From: Bacillus subtilis subsp. subtilis str. 168
GTDB lineage: Bacteria; Bacillota; Bacilli; Bacillales; Bacillaceae
Direction: 5' to 3'
Assembly: GCF_000009045.1 (NCBI RefSeq)
Contig: NC_000964.3
Span: forward strand, 3,240,001-3,272,000
DNA length: 32,000 nucleotides
The notes beneath the pieces were generated by a model, which ran no database searches, was not told the DNA's origin, and saw only the letters and a program-made list of their open reading frames with translations. Positions 1 to 9,768 of this stretch are shown here, piece after piece (within the stretch, counting starts at the first letter, position 1; every line of letters begins with the position of its first letter). The position numbers were made by a program, and so were the translations under genes.

Positions 1-1
1 A

Positions 2-1009
2 AACAGCGAAAAAAGCAGCGGCTCAGGCGAAGGCAAAAACAAATTCAGTGTGGCGATGGTTACTGACGTAGGCGGAGTGGATGACAAATCCTTCAACCAA
101 TCAGCCTGGGAAGGCATCCAAGCCTTTGGGAAAGAGAATGGGCTGAAAAAAGGCAAAAACGGTTACGACTATCTTCAATCCAAATCTGATGCAGACTATA
201 CAACGAACTTAAATAAATTGGCGCGTGAGAATTTTGACTTAATTTACGGCGTCGGCTACTTAATGGAGGATTCAATCAGCGAAATTGCTGACCAGCGTAA
301 AAATACAAACTTTGCGATTATAGATGCTGTTGTCGATAAAGACAACGTCGCAAGTATTACGTTTAAAGAGCAGGAAGGCTCATTTCTCGTCGGAGTGGCC
401 GCAGCCCTATCAAGCAAATCAGGAAAAATCGGCTTTGTAGGCGGCATGGAATCAGAGTTGATCAAAAAATTCGAGGTCGGCTTCCGTGCCGGCGTGCAAG
501 CAGTTAACCCTAAAGCCGTTGTAGAAGTGAAATACGCAGGGGGTTTCGATAAAGCCGATGTCGGTAAAGCAACCGCCGAAAGCATGTATAAATCAGGCGT
601 AGATGTTATTTATCACTCTGCGGGCGCCACTGGCACAGGCGTCTTTACTGAAGCGAAAAACCTGAAAAAAGAAGATCCAAAACGCGATGTCTGGGTCATC
701 GGTGTCGATAAAGACCAATACGCAGAAGGCCAGGTAGAAGGAACAGATGATAACGTCACCCTCACTTCCATGGTGAAAAAAGTAGATACAGTCGTTGAAG
801 ATGTAACGAAAAAAGCGAGTGACGGAAAGTTCCCGGGCGGCGAAACACTTACCTACGGGCTTGATCAAGACGGAGTCGGCATTTCTCCATCTAAACAAAA
901 TCTATCGGATGATGTGATCAAAGCGGTCGATAAATGGAAGAAAAAAATCATCGACGGATTGGAAATCCCGGCAACTGAGAAAGAGCTGAAAACCTTCAAA
1001 GCTGAATAA
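2..1009 (+). CDS. nupN: BMP/PnrA-family nucleoside-binding lipoprotein of an ABC importer; 5' end cut by the window edge
   Basis: The frame is open from nt 2 ([25 protein letters not shown]...) to TAA at 1007-1009, so the track's GTG at 50 is internal. A Ser/Gly linker is followed by [19 protein letters not shown], typical of basic-membrane-protein lipoproteins. An ABC ATPase and two permeases follow directly. Matches B. subtilis NupN (YufN) from memory. Confidence 0.9.
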
Positions 1010-1016
1010 GAATCGC

Positions 1017-1058
1017 AGGGATAAGGAGGTCGAGCCCTTATCCCTTGTTTTTCTTTTA
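1017..1058 (+). terminator. Intercistronic stem-loop with T-tract between nupN and nupO (partial terminator/attenuator candidate)
   Basis: Perfect 10-bp arms agggataagg (1017-1026) and ccttatccct (1036-1045), 9-nt loop, followed by tgtttttctttt. Lies 8 nt after the nupN stop and 27 nt before the nupO ATG. Confidence 0.5.
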
Positions 1059-1084
1059 TTTTGAAATAAAGGAGCGGTCAATCA

Positions 1085-2617
1085 ATGGAATATGTCATTG
1101 AAATGCTCAATATCCGCAAGGCGTTTCCAGGTATCGTCGCCAATGACAATATCAATCTTCAAGTCAAAAAAGGCGAAATACACGCGTTGCTCGGTGAAAA
1201 CGGAGCGGGGAAATCAACATTGATGAATGTCCTTTTCGGGCTGTATCAGCCGGAGCGGGGTGAAATTCGGGTGCGCGGCGAGAAGGTGCACATCAACAGC
1301 CCGAACAAAGCGAATGACCTTGGAATTGGAATGGTGCACCAGCACTTTATGCTTGTTGACACCTTTACAGTTGCTGAAAATATTATTCTCGGGAAGGAGC
1401 CAAAGAAGTTTGGCAGAATTGACCGGAAGCGTGCTGGCCAAGAGGTGCAGGACATTTCCGATCGATACGGCCTGCAGATCCATCCTGAAGCAAAAGCAGC
1501 TGACATATCAGTCGGTATGCAGCAGCGCGCAGAAATATTAAAAACCCTCTACCGCGGTGCCGACATTCTGATTTTTGATGAACCGACGGCTGTTTTGACG
1601 CCTCATGAAATTAAGGAACTGATGCAAATTATGAAGAACCTGGTCAAAGAAGGGAAGTCCATCATCTTAATCACCCATAAGCTGAAAGAGATTATGGAGA
1701 TTTGTGACCGCGTTACGGTTATCCGTAAAGGAAAAGGCATCAAAACCCTTGATGTCCGTGATACAAACCAAGACGAACTCGCCAGTCTAATGGTCGGCCG
1801 TGAGGTATCGTTCAAAACTGAAAAGAGAGCTGCTCAGCCGGGAGCGGAAGTGCTTGCGATTGACGGCATAACTGTAAAGGATACCCGCGGAATAGAGACA
1901 GTCAGAGATTTGTCTCTTTCTGTCAAAGCGGGAGAAATAGTCGGCATAGCAGGCGTCGACGGAAACGGGCAATCTGAGCTGATCGAAGCGGTGACAGGAC
2001 TCCGCAAAACAGATTCAGGAACAATCACCTTAAACGGAAAACAGATCCAAAACCTGACGCCAAGAAAAATCACTGAATCCGGGATCGGGCATATTCCTCA
2101 GGATCGCCATAAACACGGTCTCGTCCTTGATTTTCCAATCGGAGAGAATATCCTGCTGCAAAGCTATTACAAAAAGCCGTATTCAGCATTGGGCGTTTTA
2201 CATAAAGGCGAAATGTACAAAAAAGCACGCAGCCTGATCACTGAGTACGATGTCAGAACGCCGGATGAATATACACACGCTCGGGCATTGTCAGGCGGAA
2301 ACCAGCAAAAAGCGATTATCGGGCGGGAAATAGACCGAAATCCTGATTTATTAATTGCCGCCCAGCCGACTCGCGGCCTTGATGTCGGAGCGATTGAATT
2401 TGTCCATAAAAAGCTCATTGAGCAGCGTGATGCCGGGAAAGCCGTTCTTCTCCTCTCGTTTGAGCTTGAAGAAATTATGAATCTCAGTGACAGAATCGCC
2501 GTTATTTTTGAAGGACGCATTATCGCCAGCGTTAATCCGCAGGAAACCACTGAACAGGAGCTTGGTCTCTTGATGGCAGGAAGCACGCAAAAGGAAGCGG
2601 GGAAAGCAAATGGTTAA
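1085..2617 (+). CDS. nupO: ABC transporter ATP-binding protein with duplicated ATPase domains (nucleoside/sugar CUT2 type)
   Basis: 510 aa. Walker A GENGAGKST. Signature motifs SVGMQQR and LSGGNQQK. Degenerate second Walker A GVDGNGQS. GGAG RBS at 1071-1074. Matches NupO (YufO). Confidence 0.93.
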   Translation: MEYVIEMLNIRKAFPGIVANDNINLQVKKGEIHALLGENGAGKSTLMNVLFGLYQPERGEIRVRGEKVHINSPNKANDLGIGMVHQHFMLVDTFTVAENIILGKEPKKFGRIDRKRAGQEVQDISDRYGLQIHPEAKAADISVGMQQRAEILKTLYRGADILIFDEPTAVLTPHEIKELMQIMKNLVKEGKSIILITHKLKEIMEICDRVTVIRKGKGIKTLDVRDTNQDELASLMVGREVSFKTEKRAAQPGAEVLAIDGITVKDTRGIETVRDLSLSVKAGEIVGIAGVDGNGQSELIEAVTGLRKTDSGTITLNGKQIQNLTPRKITESGIGHIPQDRHKHGLVLDFPIGENILLQSYYKKPYSALGVLHKGEMYKKARSLITEYDVRTPDEYTHARALSGGNQQKAIIGREIDRNPDLLIAAQPTRGLDVGAIEFVHKKLIEQRDAGKAVLLLSFELEEIMNLSDRIAVIFEGRIIASVNPQETTEQELGLLMAGSTQKEAGKANG

Positions 2618-3656
2618 ACGACTCTCTCATTTACTCGTGCCGCTCATCGCAATCATACTTGGTCTTGCGGCCGGCGCGTTGATTATGCTTGTGAGCGGCT
2701 ACAGTGTGGCTAGCGGATATTCGGCTTTGTGGAATGGGATATTCGGAGAAATCTATTATGTCGGAGAAACAATCCGGCAAATTACGCCTTATATTTTATC
2801 CGGATTGGCTGTCGCCTTTGCATTCCGAACCGGACTCTTTAATATCGGCGTCGAGGGACAGCTGCTCGTCGGCTGGACAGCAGCGGTTTGGGTCGGTACG
2901 GCGTTTGACGGACCGGCATATATTCACTTGCCGCTCGCATTGATTACAGCGGCAGCTGCAGGAGGATTATGGGGGTTTATTCCCGGCATTTTGAAAGCGC
3001 GATTTTACGTTCATGAAGTCATTGTCACCATTATGATGAATTATATCGCGCTGCACATGACCAATTACATCATTTCAAACGTCTTGACAGATCATCAGGA
3101 CAAGACGGGGAAAATTCACGAATCCGCCTCCCTCCGCTCTCCTTTTCTTGAACAGATCACCGATTACTCACGGCTGCATTTGGGAATCATCGTTGCCCTT
3201 CTCGCAGCAGTTATCATGTGGTTTATCATCAACAAATCTACAAAAGGATTTGAGCTCCGGGCGGTCGGGTTTAACCAGCACGCTTCCCAGTATGCCGGCA
3301 TGAGCGTGCGGAAGAATATCATGACCTCCATGCTTATCTCCGGCGCTTTTGCAGGTCTTGCCGGAGCCATGGAGGGCCTAGGGACATTCGAATACGCAGC
3401 AGTGAAAGGCGCATTTACCGGCGTAGGCTTTGACGGTATCGCTGTCGCTCTTCTCGGGGGAAACACAGCCGTAGGCGTTGTACTGGCAGCATGCCTGCTT
3501 GGCGGGCTGAAAATCGGCGCATTAAATATGCCGATTGAATCAGGCGTTCCATCAGAGGTCGTTGATATTGTGATTGCCATTATTATTCTATTTGTGGCTT
3601 CAAGCTATGCGATTCGTTTCGTCATGGGCAAATTGAAGAAAAAGGGGGCGAACTAA
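2610..3656 (+). CDS. nupP: ABC transporter permease
   Basis: 348 aa polytopic membrane protein. ATG at 2610 overlaps the nupO stop (2615-2617) by 8 nt. Matches NupP (YufP). Confidence 0.92.
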   Translation: MVKRLSHLLVPLIAIILGLAAGALIMLVSGYSVASGYSALWNGIFGEIYYVGETIRQITPYILSGLAVAFAFRTGLFNIGVEGQLLVGWTAAVWVGTAFDGPAYIHLPLALITAAAAGGLWGFIPGILKARFYVHEVIVTIMMNYIALHMTNYIISNVLTDHQDKTGKIHESASLRSPFLEQITDYSRLHLGIIVALLAAVIMWFIINKSTKGFELRAVGFNQHASQYAGMSVRKNIMTSMLISGAFAGLAGAMEGLGTFEYAAVKGAFTGVGFDGIAVALLGGNTAVGVVLAACLLGGLKIGALNMPIESGVPSEVVDIVIAIIILFVASSYAIRFVMGKLKKKGAN

Positions 3657-4616
3657 GTGGACATTGTGCAGATTTTATCTATCATTGTCCCTGCCACACT
3701 CGTCTATGCGGCCCCGCTTATTTTAACTGCTCTCGGCGGCGTGTTTTCCGAGAGATCAGGTGTGGTGAATATCGGCCTAGAAGGCCTCATGATTATCGGG
3801 GCGTTCACCAGCGTGTTATTTAATTTATTTTTTGGTCAGGAATTAGGTGCCGCCGCACCTTGGCTTTCGCTCCTTGCCGCCATGGCAGCAGGCGCCCTGT
3901 TTTCACTGATTCACGCGGCAGCGGCGATTTCGTTTCGCGCCGACCAGACAGTCAGCGGTGTCGCCATTAACATGCTGGCGCTTGGGGCAACTTTATTTAT
4001 CGTCAAACTGATCTACGGCAAAGCGCAGACAGACAAAATTCCAGAGCCTTTTTATAAGACGAAAATCCCCGGTTTGGGCGATATTCCCGTCTTGGGAAAG
4101 ATCTTCTTTTCGGATGTCTATTATACGTCTATTCTTGCAATAGCACTTGCCTTTATTTCCTGGTTTATCTTGTTCAAAACGCCGTTCGGCCTTCGTATCC
4201 GTTCTGTCGGCGAGCATCCGATGGCGGCCGATACGATGGGAATCAACGTATATAAAATGCGCTACATCGGCGTGATGATCAGCGGATTGTTCGGCGGTCT
4301 CGGCGGCGGCGTATATGCCTCCACAATTGCGCTTGATTTCACGCACTCTACCATCTCCGGGCAAGGTTTTATCGCCCTGGCAGCGCTTGTATTCGGAAAA
4401 TGGCATCCGATCGGAGCACTGGGGGCCGCCCTGTTTTTCGGATTCGCCCAAAGCTTAAGCATCATTGGATCGCTGCTCCCTCTTTTTAAAGACATACCAA
4501 ATGTGTATATGCTGATGGCTCCTTATATCTTAACGATTCTCGCTTTAACCGGCTTTATCGGGCGGGCAGATGCGCCAAAAGCCAATGGCGTGCCTTATAT
4601 TAAAGGAAAAAGATAA
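3657..4616 (+). CDS. nupQ: ABC transporter permease
   Basis: 319 aa polytopic membrane protein. GTG at 3657 directly abuts the nupP TAA (3654-3656). AAAGGGGG RBS at 3641-3648. Matches NupQ (YufQ). Confidence 0.92.
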   Translation: MDIVQILSIIVPATLVYAAPLILTALGGVFSERSGVVNIGLEGLMIIGAFTSVLFNLFFGQELGAAAPWLSLLAAMAAGALFSLIHAAAAISFRADQTVSGVAINMLALGATLFIVKLIYGKAQTDKIPEPFYKTKIPGLGDIPVLGKIFFSDVYYTSILAIALAFISWFILFKTPFGLRIRSVGEHPMAADTMGINVYKMRYIGVMISGLFGGLGGGVYASTIALDFTHSTISGQGFIALAALVFGKWHPIGALGAALFFGFAQSLSIIGSLLPLFKDIPNVYMLMAPYILTILALTGFIGRADAPKANGVPYIKGKR

Positions 4617-4624
4617 ACATTCTC

Positions 4625-4655
4625 CCCTGGGAAGACGATTCTCAGGGATTTTTTT
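4625..4655 (+). terminator. Rho-independent terminator of the nup operon
   Basis: 7-bp stem ccctggg (4625-4631) / ctcaggg (4641-4647) including one G-U pair, 9-nt loop, then a + ttttttt (4649-4655). Lies 9 nt after the nupQ stop. Confidence 0.6.
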
Positions 4656-4718
4656 CTAATCCAAAAGACCCCCTTAATTTAATTGTTTATTAGTTTTTTA
4701 ACTTAAAAAAATATGAAG

Positions 4719-4732
4719 TGTTAACGCTTTCT
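4719..4732. promoter_or_regulatory. Candidate CcpA catabolite-responsive element (cre) upstream of maeN
   Basis: TGTTAACGCTTTCT versus the cre consensus TGNAANCGNWNNCW: one mismatch in the left half, central CG conserved. Lies about 38 nt upstream of the maeN ATG. Confidence 0.3.
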
Positions 4733-4769
4733 TGTAGACTGTAACAAACAATACATGGGGGTGTATGAC

Positions 4770-6116
4770 ATGGGAGCAATTCCAAAAACGGGGACAATTT
4801 CACCTGAGCAAAAAGACTCACAGGAGAAAAACCTGTTTCAAAAAATTTGGTCTTGGGAAATCGGTGTGATTCCTTTGCCATTATACACAGTATTAGCTGT
4901 TATTATTATTCTTGCAGCATATTACAATGAGCTGCCGGCAAATATGCTTGGCGGGTTTGCCATCATTATGATTCTTGGTGTGTTTCTCGGAGACATAGGC
5001 CAACGCATACCGATATTGAAGGATATTGGCGGCCCTGCTATTTTATCTTTGTTTGTTCCTTCATTTTTAGTCTTTTACAATGTACTGAATTCAACATCTT
5101 TAGACGCTGTAACCAACTTGATGAAAACGTCTAACTTCCTTTATTTCTATATCGCTTGCCTTGTTGTGGGAAGTATCCTCGGTATGAACAGAATTGTTTT
5201 AATACAGGGGTTTATCAGAATGTTCGTTCCACTGGTTGCAGGAACGATCGCGGCCGTTGCAGCCGGCATCCTTGTCGGATTTATTTTTGGCTATAGTGCC
5301 TATGATTCCTTTTTCTTTGTTGTTGTCCCGATTATTGCCGGGGGAATAGGTGAAGGGATTTTGCCGCTTTCAATCGCCTATTCACAAATACTGGGCTCAT
5401 CCGCCGATGTATTTGTGTCTCAGCTGGTGCCAGCCGCAATTATAGGAAACGTTTTTGCTATCATATGTGCAGCCTTAATGAAAAAGCTTGGCGACAAGCG
5501 TCCAGATCTAAATGGGAACGGACGTCTCGTAAAATCTAAAAAAGCAAATGAGATTTTCAATCAAAAAGAAGCCGAAGCAAAAATTGATTTTAAACTAATG
5601 GGAGCAGGAGTTCTGCTCGCGTGTACATTCTTTATTTTTGGCGGGTTATTGGAGAAATTCATCTTCATCCCGGGCGCGATCTTAATGATTATTTCAGCTG
5701 CGGCTGTCAAGTATGCAAATATTCTTCCGAAAAAAATGGAAGAAGGCGCTTACCAGCTTTATAAGTTTATTTCTTCAAGCTTTACATGGCCGCTGATGGT
5801 CGGTCTCGGCATCCTCTTTATTCCGTTGGATGACGTAGCGTCTGTGATTTCTATACCGTTTGTCATCATCTGTATTTCAGTTGTTATCGCGATGATTGGT
5901 TCTGGATATTTCGTAGGCAAGCTGATGAACATGTATCCGGTTGAATCCGCAATCGTTACCTGCTGCCACAGCGGTCTCGGCGGAACGGGTGATGTTGCCA
6001 TTTTATCGGCATCAGGAAGAATGGGCCTTATGCCGTTTGCCCAAATTTCAACCCGTCTCGGCGGTGCAGGCACAGTTATTTGCGCGACAGTGCTGCTTCG
6101 TTTTTTCACTTCATAA
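4770..6116 (+). CDS. maeN: Na+/malate symporter, 2-hydroxycarboxylate transporter (2HCT) family
   Basis: Polytopic 448 aa from ATG 4770. The GGGGGTG RBS at 4757-4763 favours 4770 over the track's ATG at 4755. Sequence matches MaeN (YufR) from memory. Confidence 0.92.
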   Translation: MGAIPKTGTISPEQKDSQEKNLFQKIWSWEIGVIPLPLYTVLAVIIILAAYYNELPANMLGGFAIIMILGVFLGDIGQRIPILKDIGGPAILSLFVPSFLVFYNVLNSTSLDAVTNLMKTSNFLYFYIACLVVGSILGMNRIVLIQGFIRMFVPLVAGTIAAVAAGILVGFIFGYSAYDSFFFVVVPIIAGGIGEGILPLSIAYSQILGSSADVFVSQLVPAAIIGNVFAIICAALMKKLGDKRPDLNGNGRLVKSKKANEIFNQKEAEAKIDFKLMGAGVLLACTFFIFGGLLEKFIFIPGAILMIISAAAVKYANILPKKMEEGAYQLYKFISSSFTWPLMVGLGILFIPLDDVASVISIPFVIICISVVIAMIGSGYFVGKLMNMYPVESAIVTCCHSGLGGTGDVAILSASGRMGLMPFAQISTRLGGAGTVICATVLLRFFTS

Positions 6117-6120
6117 ACAG

Positions 6121-6153
6121 AAAGAGTTCCGTTTTATGCGGAACTCTTTTTTT
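6121..6153. terminator. Shared terminator of the convergent genes maeN and yufS
   Basis: 11-bp perfect stem aaagagttccg (6121-6131) / cggaactcttt (6139-6149), 7-nt loop, with the T-run extending to 6153. The T-run overlaps the yufS stop codon (6152-6154). Confidence 0.75.
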
Positions 6154-6367
6154 ATTTATTCACAATCCGAATATACTCTCGGGGACCAAACGGCAGATCC
6201 TTTGATTCCGTCTCACTCATTCTGGCTGACAGGTGGTGCTCCAGTAAATACAGCTCCCACTCATCACAAGCCGCCACACCGCTGCGCCCGTCATATTGAT
6301 TCAACATGAATGCCCCTGCAAATACTGAGCAGAATAAACCTGAGCACATCACGACTTTTGTTTTCAC
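6152..6367 (-). CDS. yufS: Small (71 aa) protein of unknown function with a hydrophobic N-terminus
   Basis: GTG start (cac at 6365-6367) preceded by an AAGGAG RBS with 8-nt spacing. N-terminus MKTKVVMCSGLFCSVFAGAFML is signal-peptide-like. Position between maeN and mrpA matches yufS. Confidence 0.7.
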   Translation of the reverse strand: MKTKVVMCSGLFCSVFAGAFMLNQYDGRSGVAACDEWELYLLEHHLSARMSETESKDLPFGPREYIRIVNK

Positions 6368-6491
6368 ATGACCAGCTCCTTTCCTTCAGCTTGATCAGGA
6401 TTGATTTTAAATATACAAATAACCTCTTTTTTGTTAGACTTATTTTGAGGTCAAAAGAACTCATAAAAATCCATTACAGCAGTTCGAAGCG

Positions 6492-6520
6492 TGGCAGCTT
6501 GCAGAAAAGTGCGATATAAT
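6492..6520 (+). promoter_or_regulatory. Candidate sigma-A promoter for mrpA (perfect -10, poor -35)
   Basis: TATAAT at 6515-6520, 78 nt upstream of the mrpA TTG. The hexamer 17 nt upstream is TGGCAG, a weak match to TTGACA. Confidence 0.3.
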
Positions 6521-6597
6521 TTGGACTAGGTCGTTTGACCGTATATTTTATACATAGCGCATTTTTCAATTGAGAACGAGAAAAGGAGGTCTTATCT

Positions 6598-9003
6598 TTG
6601 CAGCTCTTACATCTTGCTATTTTATCGCCTTTTTTATTTGCTTTTATCATTCCCTTCTTGGCAAAATACGCAAAAAGAGTGCATACGGGCTGGTTTGTGT
6701 TGATCCTGCCCGTCTTGCTGTTTATATACTTTCTCCCAATGATCAGGATGACGCAATCTGGAGAAACACTTCGATCGGTATTAGAGTGGATTCCGTCACT
6801 CGGCATTAACTTTACCGTTTATATAGACGGCCTCGGGTTATTATTCGCTTTACTGATCACAGGCATTGGCTCTTTGGTCACTCTTTACAGCATTTTTTAT
6901 TTATCGAAAGAAAAAGAACAGCTTGGGCCCTTTTATGTCTACTTATTGATGTTCATGGGCGCCATGCTCGGCGTCGTTCTAGTAGACAATGTCATGGTTC
7001 TCTACATGTTCTGGGAGCTTACAAGCCTTTCATCCTTTTTGCTGATCGGCTATTGGTATAAGCGGGAAAAGTCGCGCTATGGCGCAGCCAAATCACTTTT
7101 GATTACGGTCAGCGGCGGGCTGTGCATGCTCGGCGGATTTATTCTCCTTTATTTGATAACGGATTCCTTCAGTATTCGAGAGATGGTTCACCAGGTTCAA
7201 TTAATTGCCGGCCACGAATTGTTTATCCCGGCTATGATTCTCATTTTATTAGGGGCTTTTACGAAATCGGCGCAATTTCCTTTTTACATCTGGCTCCCTG
7301 ACGCGATGGAAGCTCCGACGCCTGTCAGCGCTTATCTCCATTCAGCTACTATGGTAAAAGCCGGCATTTATGTGATTGCGAGATTCAGTCCTATTTTCGC
7401 CTTTTCAGCTCAGTGGTTTTGGATCGTGTCCCTCGTCGGCCTCTTTACGATGGTTTGGGGTTCATTCCATGCCGTGAAACAAACTGATTTAAAATCGATT
7501 TTGGCGTTTTCAACCGTCAGCCAGCTCGGCATGATCATCTCCATGCTCGGAGTCAGTGCTGCGGCCCTTCATTACGGACATACAGAATATTATACAGTTG
7601 CCGCTATGGCTGCCATTTTCCATTTGATCAACCACGCAACCTTTAAAGGAAGCTTGTTTATGGCAGTCGGGATTATCGATCACGAAACAGGCACACGGGA
7701 TATCCGGAAGCTAGGCGGCCTGATGGCGATTATGCCGATTACTTTTACCATTTCCTTAATCGGGACATTTTCAATGGCCGGCCTACCGCCGTTTAACGGA
7801 TTTTTGAGTAAAGAAATGTTTTTCACAAGCATGCTTCGCGTGACACATTTTGACCTGTTCAACGTGCAGACATGGGGCGTTCTGTTCCCTCTTTTCGCCT
7901 GGATCGGAAGTGTATTTACGTTTATCTACAGCATGAAATTGCTGTTTAAAACATTCAGAGGAAATTACCAGCCTGAACAGCTTGAAAAACAGGCTCACGA
8001 AGCGCCTGTCGGTATGCTCGTTCCACCGGTCATTCTTGTCGCTTTGGCTGTCAGTCTCTTCTTTTTCCCGAATATATTGTCGTACAGCCTGATAGAGCCT
8101 GCGATGAACTCAATCTATCCGACACTGCTTGACGGCCATGAGAAATTCCACGTTCACATTTCACAGTGGCATGGGGTTACAACGGAATTGCTCATGACTG
8201 CGGGTATTGTTGTGATCGGAACAATTGGTTATTTGTCGCTGAATAAGTGGAAAGGAATCTATAAACTGTTTCCTTCGAAACTCACACTCAACCGGTTATA
8301 CGATAAGCTTTTGACTATGATGGAGAAAGGCTCTTACCGGGTCACAAAACAATATATGACCGGGTTTTTAAGAGATTATTTGCTGTATATCTTCGCTGGT
8401 TTCATCATTCTGATAGGCGGAGCTTTTGCCATTAAAGGCGGATTTTCATTTAAAACGGAAGGCATGGCTAAAATCGGTGTATACGAAATCATTTTGACGC
8501 TTGTCATGATCAGCGCCACAGTGGCGACTGTTTTTGCTAGGTCAAGACTGACGGCGATCATTGCACTCGGTGTTGTCGGTTATACGCTTGCATTGTTTTT
8601 TGTCATTTTCAGAGCGCCGGACTTGGCATTGACTCAGCTCGTCATTGAAACGATTTCTGTGGCACTGTTTCTGCTTTGCTTCTACCATTTGCCGAAACTG
8701 AGGCTGAAAACAAAAACGAGAACGTTCCGGATGACGAATTTTATCATTTCTTTAGGCGTCGGTGTTATCGTTACACTGCTCGGCATCGCATCCTCAAGCC
8801 AGCGGACAAAAGACAGCATTGCGTCCTTCTTTGTCAAACACAGCCACGATCTCGGCGGAGGGGATAATGTCGTCAATGTCATTCTCGTTGATTTCAGGGG
8901 ATTTGATACAATGTTTGAAATTACGGTATTAACGATAGCCGCTCTCGGCATTTACAGCATGATTAAAACAAAAGTAAAAGAGGAGGGGAAAAGCGGTGAA
9001 TGA
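6598..9003 (+). CDS. mrpA: Mrp Na+/H+ antiporter subunit A (NuoL/ND5-like, with C-terminal MrpB-like extension)
   Basis: 801 aa polytopic protein. TTG start at 6598 with AAGGAGG RBS at 6583-6589. Contains the NuoL-type motif WLPDAMEAPTPVSAYLHSATMVKAG. First of seven tightly packed genes. Confidence 0.95.
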   Translation: MQLLHLAILSPFLFAFIIPFLAKYAKRVHTGWFVLILPVLLFIYFLPMIRMTQSGETLRSVLEWIPSLGINFTVYIDGLGLLFALLITGIGSLVTLYSIFYLSKEKEQLGPFYVYLLMFMGAMLGVVLVDNVMVLYMFWELTSLSSFLLIGYWYKREKSRYGAAKSLLITVSGGLCMLGGFILLYLITDSFSIREMVHQVQLIAGHELFIPAMILILLGAFTKSAQFPFYIWLPDAMEAPTPVSAYLHSATMVKAGIYVIARFSPIFAFSAQWFWIVSLVGLFTMVWGSFHAVKQTDLKSILAFSTVSQLGMIISMLGVSAAALHYGHTEYYTVAAMAAIFHLINHATFKGSLFMAVGIIDHETGTRDIRKLGGLMAIMPITFTISLIGTFSMAGLPPFNGFLSKEMFFTSMLRVTHFDLFNVQTWGVLFPLFAWIGSVFTFIYSMKLLFKTFRGNYQPEQLEKQAHEAPVGMLVPPVILVALAVSLFFFPNILSYSLIEPAMNSIYPTLLDGHEKFHVHISQWHGVTTELLMTAGIVVIGTIGYLSLNKWKGIYKLFPSKLTLNRLYDKLLTMMEKGSYRVTKQYMTGFLRDYLLYIFAGFIILIGGAFAIKGGFSFKTEGMAKIGVYEIILTLVMISATVATVFARSRLTAIIALGVVGYTLALFFVIFRAPDLALTQLVIETISVALFLLCFYHLPKLRLKTKTRTFRMTNFIISLGVGVIVTLLGIASSSQRTKDSIASFFVKHSHDLGGGDNVVNVILVDFRGFDTMFEITVLTIAALGIYSMIKTKVKEEGKSGE

Positions 9004-9427
9004 ACAAAAAACAAATGACTTGATTCTTCAAACCGCGACAAAGCTTGTATCCTTTATCATTTTGCTTTTCTCTTTCTATTTATTTTTATCAGGGCATAAC
9101 GCGCCCGGAGGAGGCTTTGTCGGCGGACTGATCACGTCCTCTTCCATCGTTCTCTTGCTCTTGGCATATGATTTAAAAACCGTGCGTTCCCTTTTGCCTG
9201 TCAATTTCATTTATGTCGCGGGAGCCGGCCTTCTGCTCGCTGTATTAACAGGCGTTGGCTCCTTTGTCTTCGGGGCTCCTTTTTTAACCCACACATTCGG
9301 ATACTTTCAGCTGCCGATCCTTGGGAAAACGGAGCTCGCCACAGCGACGATATTTGATTTAGGCGTTTATCTTGTTGTCGTAGGCATAACGATGACCATT
9401 ATTCAAACGATTGGAGAGGAAGAATAA
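8996..9427 (+). CDS. mrpB: Mrp antiporter subunit B
   Basis: 143 aa membrane protein. GTG at 8996 overlaps the mrpA stop (9001-9003) by 8 nt. Confidence 0.9.
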   Translation: MNEQKTNDLILQTATKLVSFIILLFSFYLFLSGHNAPGGGFVGGLITSSSIVLLLLAYDLKTVRSLLPVNFIYVAGAGLLLAVLTGVGSFVFGAPFLTHTFGYFQLPILGKTELATATIFDLGVYLVVVGITMTIIQTIGEEE

Positions 9428-9768
9428 TGGAAATCTTAATGGCTGTATTAGCCGGTATTATTTTTATGGCTGCTACGTATTTGCTGCTGTCTAAAAGCCT
9501 GCTTCGCGTCATTATCGGAACAGCACTGTTAAGCCATGGCGTTCATTTAATGCTTTTGACTATGGGAGGATTAAAGAAAGGCGCCGCTCCGATTTTGAGC
9601 GAGCATGCCAAATCATTTGTCGATCCGCTTCCGCAAGCCCTGATTTTGACCGCAATTGTCATTTCTTTTGGCGTTACGTCATTCATCCTCGTCATGGCCT
9701 TTCGCGCTTATCAGGAATTGAAATCGGACGATATGGATCAAATGAGGGGAAATGATCAACATGAATAA
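9427..9768 (+). CDS. mrpC: Mrp antiporter subunit C (NuoK-like)
   Basis: 113 aa with about three TM segments. ATG at 9427 shares one nucleotide with the mrpB TAA (TAATG). Confidence 0.9.
   Translation: MEILMAVLAGIIFMAATYLLLSKSLLRVIIGTALLSHGVHLMLLTMGGLKKGAAPILSEHAKSFVDPLPQALILTAIVISFGVTSFILVMAFRAYQELKSDDMDQMRGNDQHE

Noticed and set aside
3993-4451. 152-aa ORF on the - strand inside nupQ, and similar ORFs at 2167-2586 and 3164-3580.
   Set aside because: These are antisense shadows of permease/ATPase genes, with no translation signals.
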